A stretch of DNA of 64,000 nt from Campylobacterota bacterium (GTDB taxonomy: Bacteria > Babelota > Babeliae > Babelales > RVW-14), in contig JACKCO010000003.1 in assembly GCA_020633995.1 (NCBI GenBank), forward strand, positions 585,503 through 649,502, read 5' to 3'. A program made the translations under genes and the position numbers. The notes beneath the pieces were generated by a model. That model did no database searches and was not told the DNA's origin. It worked only from the letters and a program-made list of their open reading frames with translations. Shown here piece after piece: positions 61,432-64,000 of this stretch; the first letter of the stretch is position 1; each line of letters starts with the position of its first letter.

Positions 61432-62796
61432 CTATACCAACATACTGCATATGGTTAGTGCGGCAACAGTGAAGAATTTTCCAAATTTGCCACTTCTCTT
61501 AAACATTCTAACAAATTGTTTACTTTGTTCAAATCTTTCCAGCAATTGGTTGATATCTTGAACTTGAACTCCAGCCCCCTGGGCGACCCTTTTTTTGCGT
61601 GAAGCGTCGAATATAGCGGGTGCAAGGCGTTCTTTGGGGGTCATTGAGCAGATAATGGCCTTAAATTTTTTTATTTCTGTTTGTCCTTTTTCCATGGCGT
61701 CTTGTGGGAGTGAATGAAAGCCTGGTAGGTAGCGTGTTATCTTTTGCAGCGAGCCAAGTTTGTCAATCATCTGAATTTGATCAAGAAACTCGTTGAGTGA
61801 AAAATTACCGCTAAAAAGTTTTTTTGATAAATTTTCTTGCTTTTGTTCGTCAATATCTTCAGATGCCTTTTCAATCAGGGTCATGATATCACCCATACCC
61901 AAAATGCGTGTTGTCATACGCTCTGGAATGAAATGTTCAAGGTCATCTATTTTTTCACCGCTCCCAACAAAAGCTATCGGCTTTTTGAGTGCATAGCGAA
62001 ATGCAAAGGCGGCGCCACCGCGAGTGTCACTGTCCATTTTACTTAAAATAACTGAGTCAAAGCCGATTTCATCATTAAAGCTTTTTGCAATGTTAAGTGA
62101 TTCTTGGCCCGTCATTGCATCAAGGACCAAAATTTTGTAACGAGGTGTTAGTTTTGCATTAATTTGTTTGAGTTCTTCCATCAACTGCTGATCAATATGC
62201 AAGCGTCCAGCGGTATCTAGAAAGAGATGTTCATATTGATTTTTTTTGAAATGATCATAAATTTCGCGGGCAGCACTGACGGGGTCAGTTGACTGAGCTC
62301 GATAAAAATCAGTATCAACCTGCTTTGCCAAAATTTCCAACTGATCAATGGCTGCGGGGCGATAAAAGTCAACAGAGGCAAGTAAAACCGCGCGTTGTTT
62401 GCCTCGTTGCTTTGCTTGTTTTTTTATCCAATGAGTGAGTTTGGCAATAGTAGTTGTTTTACCAGAGCCTTGCAACCCCATGACCATAAGTACAGATGGG
62501 ATTTGAAACGATGTAGGAGAAAGGGCCTTGGCCCCGCCAAGAAAATCAAGCAGTTTTTGATGAACAATTTTGATCATTTGTTGACCAGGGTTGAGTGACT
62601 TGGTGACTTTTTGTCCAACAATTTCACCTTTTACTTGATTCAAAAATTCTTTAACGATATCAAAAGGAACGTCAGCCTCAAGCAATGCCTCTTCTATTTG
62701 TTTAGTTGCCTGTGCGATGTTTTCTTCGCTAAGGCGCCCCTTGTCTTTGAGCCAACTTAAAACACCTGAGAATTTTTGAGAAAGAAAATCAAACAT
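61432..62796 (-). CDS. ffh: Signal recognition particle protein Ffh
   Basis: N, G and M domains: GLQGSGKTTT, DTAGRL, SKMDSDTRGGAA, and a Met-rich M-domain region. Confidence 0.95.
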   Translation of the reverse strand: MFDFLSQKFSGVLSWLKDKGRLSEENIAQATKQIEEALLEADVPFDIVKEFLNQVKGEIVGQKVTKSLNPGQQMIKIVHQKLLDFLGGAKALSPTSFQIPSVLMVMGLQGSGKTTTIAKLTHWIKKQAKQRGKQRAVLLASVDFYRPAAIDQLEILAKQVDTDFYRAQSTDPVSAAREIYDHFKKNQYEHLFLDTAGRLHIDQQLMEELKQINAKLTPRYKILVLDAMTGQESLNIAKSFNDEIGFDSVILSKMDSDTRGGAAFAFRYALKKPIAFVGSGEKIDDLEHFIPERMTTRILGMGDIMTLIEKASEDIDEQKQENLSKKLFSGNFSLNEFLDQIQMIDKLGSLQKITRYLPGFHSLPQDAMEKGQTEIKKFKAIICSMTPKERLAPAIFDASRKKRVAQGAGVQVQDINQLLERFEQSKQFVRMFKRSGKFGKFFTVAALTICSMLV

Positions 62797-62902
62797 GTAA
62801 GCCCCTAGTCTGCGTAGCCTATAAAACCTTTAAAAACAATAGCTTTAAAGTAAGAAAACTAGCACAAAATAGGGGCTTTAACAACCTATTTACAGATTGT
62901 GA

Positions 62903-64000
62903 TTAGCGTCGTGATGGACGTGGTGGGCGTGGTGGCCTTACGTTGTTTTGGCTATCTTTTCGTTTATCAAGTGCAATATTTTCCCACGCATTAACGGAAA
63001 TAAGTGAGTCAAGATCGTCATACGAGCTTTCAGTAACGAGCAGTTTTCCGCTTGAGTTTGCATACGTGACATAGTAGTTTTGTTCGTTTGCGTAGGCAAT
63101 ATTTTTGGTTACCAGCGATGTTGATTGACGAGCAAAGTCTTTGATGCCAAAGCTGTTATTTGCTGGTGAGTCACCGTCGTTGAGTGCTGTGGTGTTGCCA
63201 ACCAATGCTGCGCATTCAGCACCAGACAGGCATATGCCAAACGCTTCACCAGCACCACCGTTGTGGCAGCGTGAAACACAATCTTTTATCAATGACTTTT
63301 TGTCGGTTACTTCATCTTTATTATCGCAAAGTAAAAATCCTGCAGCTTGAGAGTCAGTCTCTCTTCGCTCCGCAGACTCTCCTGTGCATGCCATGCAAAC
63401 GGCTTCGCAATGTAAGAACTGTGTGCATTTGCTAGCCTCTGATTCAAAGCCAACAGCTTGCTTAGGATCGTCAAGGCGATCTGTCGCATGTGCACGGAGG
63501 TTGTATGCTTTACAGTCTTCAAATCGGTTTGCTAGACAGTTTCTTGACGTGAAACCAAATGTTGATCGATATGATGAAAGCAGTGCGCAGTCGCAATTGT
63601 TGATCAAGTTTGAGTTTGAGCCCTCTTCACAAAGAAATCCGATTGATCTGCCAGTTGGATTAACAATTGTTTCTTCGCTATCGTGTTGTGAATGCATGTC
63701 TCCGGTGTAGCAGTTCTCAATGAGATTTGCACTTGAGCCATTTAGGCATGAAACACCGACTACGTCACCATTGCTTGTGGTGCAATTGTTTACCGCGCAG
63801 TCTTTAATCAAGCAGCTGTTGCAATATGAGAGTGAAATTCCCCAGACATCATTACCTTTGTAGCGTTTTTGCTCAAAGTCAGGATAGTTTGCTCCTCCTG
63901 CAAGATCACTCAACACAATGCCAGTTACACCTTTATTTTCAAGACCGGAAACGTTGCAGTTTTTAATGCTGATGCCATCAACACAGTCAAGGCGTATGCC
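62903..64000 (-). CDS. Cys-rich parallel beta-helix repeat protein with a Pro/Arg C-terminal tail (5' end outside window)
   Basis: The frame stays open to the window edge (GIRLDCVDGISIKNCNVSGLENKGVTGIVL...). Recurrent ~22-25-aa units N(L/C)(I/L)xNC...G(F/V)...; C-terminus RPPRPPRPSRR. Confidence 0.6.
   Translation of the reverse strand, partial: GIRLDCVDGISIKNCNVSGLENKGVTGIVLSDLAGGANYPDFEQKRYKGNDVWGISLSYCNSCLIKDCAVNNCTTSNGDVVGVSCLNGSSANLIENCYTGDMHSQHDSEETIVNPTGRSIGFLCEEGSNSNLINNCDCALLSSYRSTFGFTSRNCLANRFEDCKAYNLRAHATDRLDDPKQAVGFESEASKCTQFLHCEAVCMACTGESAERRETDSQAAGFLLCDNKDEVTDKKSLIKDCVSRCHNGGAGEAFGICLSGAECAALVGNTTALNDGDSPANNSFGIKDFARQSTSLVTKNIAYANEQNYYVTYANSSGKLLVTESSYDDLDSLISVNAWENIALDKRKDSQNNVRPPRPPRPSRR

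Noticed and set aside
61340-62902. SRP RNA (4.5S) or tmRNA adjacent to ffh
   Set aside because: No GGAAGGAAGCAGC-like SRP domain IV motif and no tmRNA tRNA-like end was seen in the flanking spacers.
1-64000. CRISPR arrays, rRNA operons, IS elements, retron or DGR reverse transcriptases
   Set aside because: No regularly spaced direct repeats occur outside coding regions. The only tandem repeats are codon-level ones inside genes (29084-29305 and the RG tail at 14537-14728). No cas-, RT-, transposase- or integrase-like ORF is in the track.

Overview
Gene-dense bacterial chromosomal window, moderately AT-rich, using the standard code: conserved genes of normal length end in TGA, TAA or TAG. The housekeeping backbone is rpmE-prfA-mnmA, RNase P RNA (rnpB), potABCD, two lepB paralogs, metG, an AlaX-like editing protein, arfB, sufS-sufU, two tandem M17 aminopeptidases, gmd, biotin carboxylase plus BCCP, a GspF/PilC-family protein, yggU, five tRNAs (Asn, Val, Arg, Ser-GCU, Ser-UGA) and the ffh-rpsP-KH-trmD-rplS operon. 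A large accessory load is interleaved with it. It comprises 5 ankyrin-repeat proteins, 6 Nudix hydrolases, 3 tandem methyltransferase paralogs, 3 tandem membrane-protein paralogs, two acidic-repeat proteins with KRKR nuclear-localisation-like patches, a CYTH protein, a CPT-like kinase, and AAC(6')-like and ANT(3'')-like enzymes. At least 20 ORFs start with Sec-type signal peptides, including enzymes that normally need cytoplasmic ATP or SAM. This fits a bacterium living inside a eukaryotic host (amoeba-associated lineages such as Dependentiae/TM6 come to mind), but that taxonomic call is inference only. I saw no CRISPR array, rRNA, integrase, transposase or reverse transcriptase. The best leads are an exported Nudix enzyme with a eukaryote-like RGG tail, the accessory block at 20.8-31.3 kb, an M48 protease gene cut by one in-frame TGA just before HEXXH, a TrmD fused to a second SPOUT domain, and a split BC/BCCP carboxylase alpha subunit. 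All homology calls come from motif recognition by eye; no searches were run.
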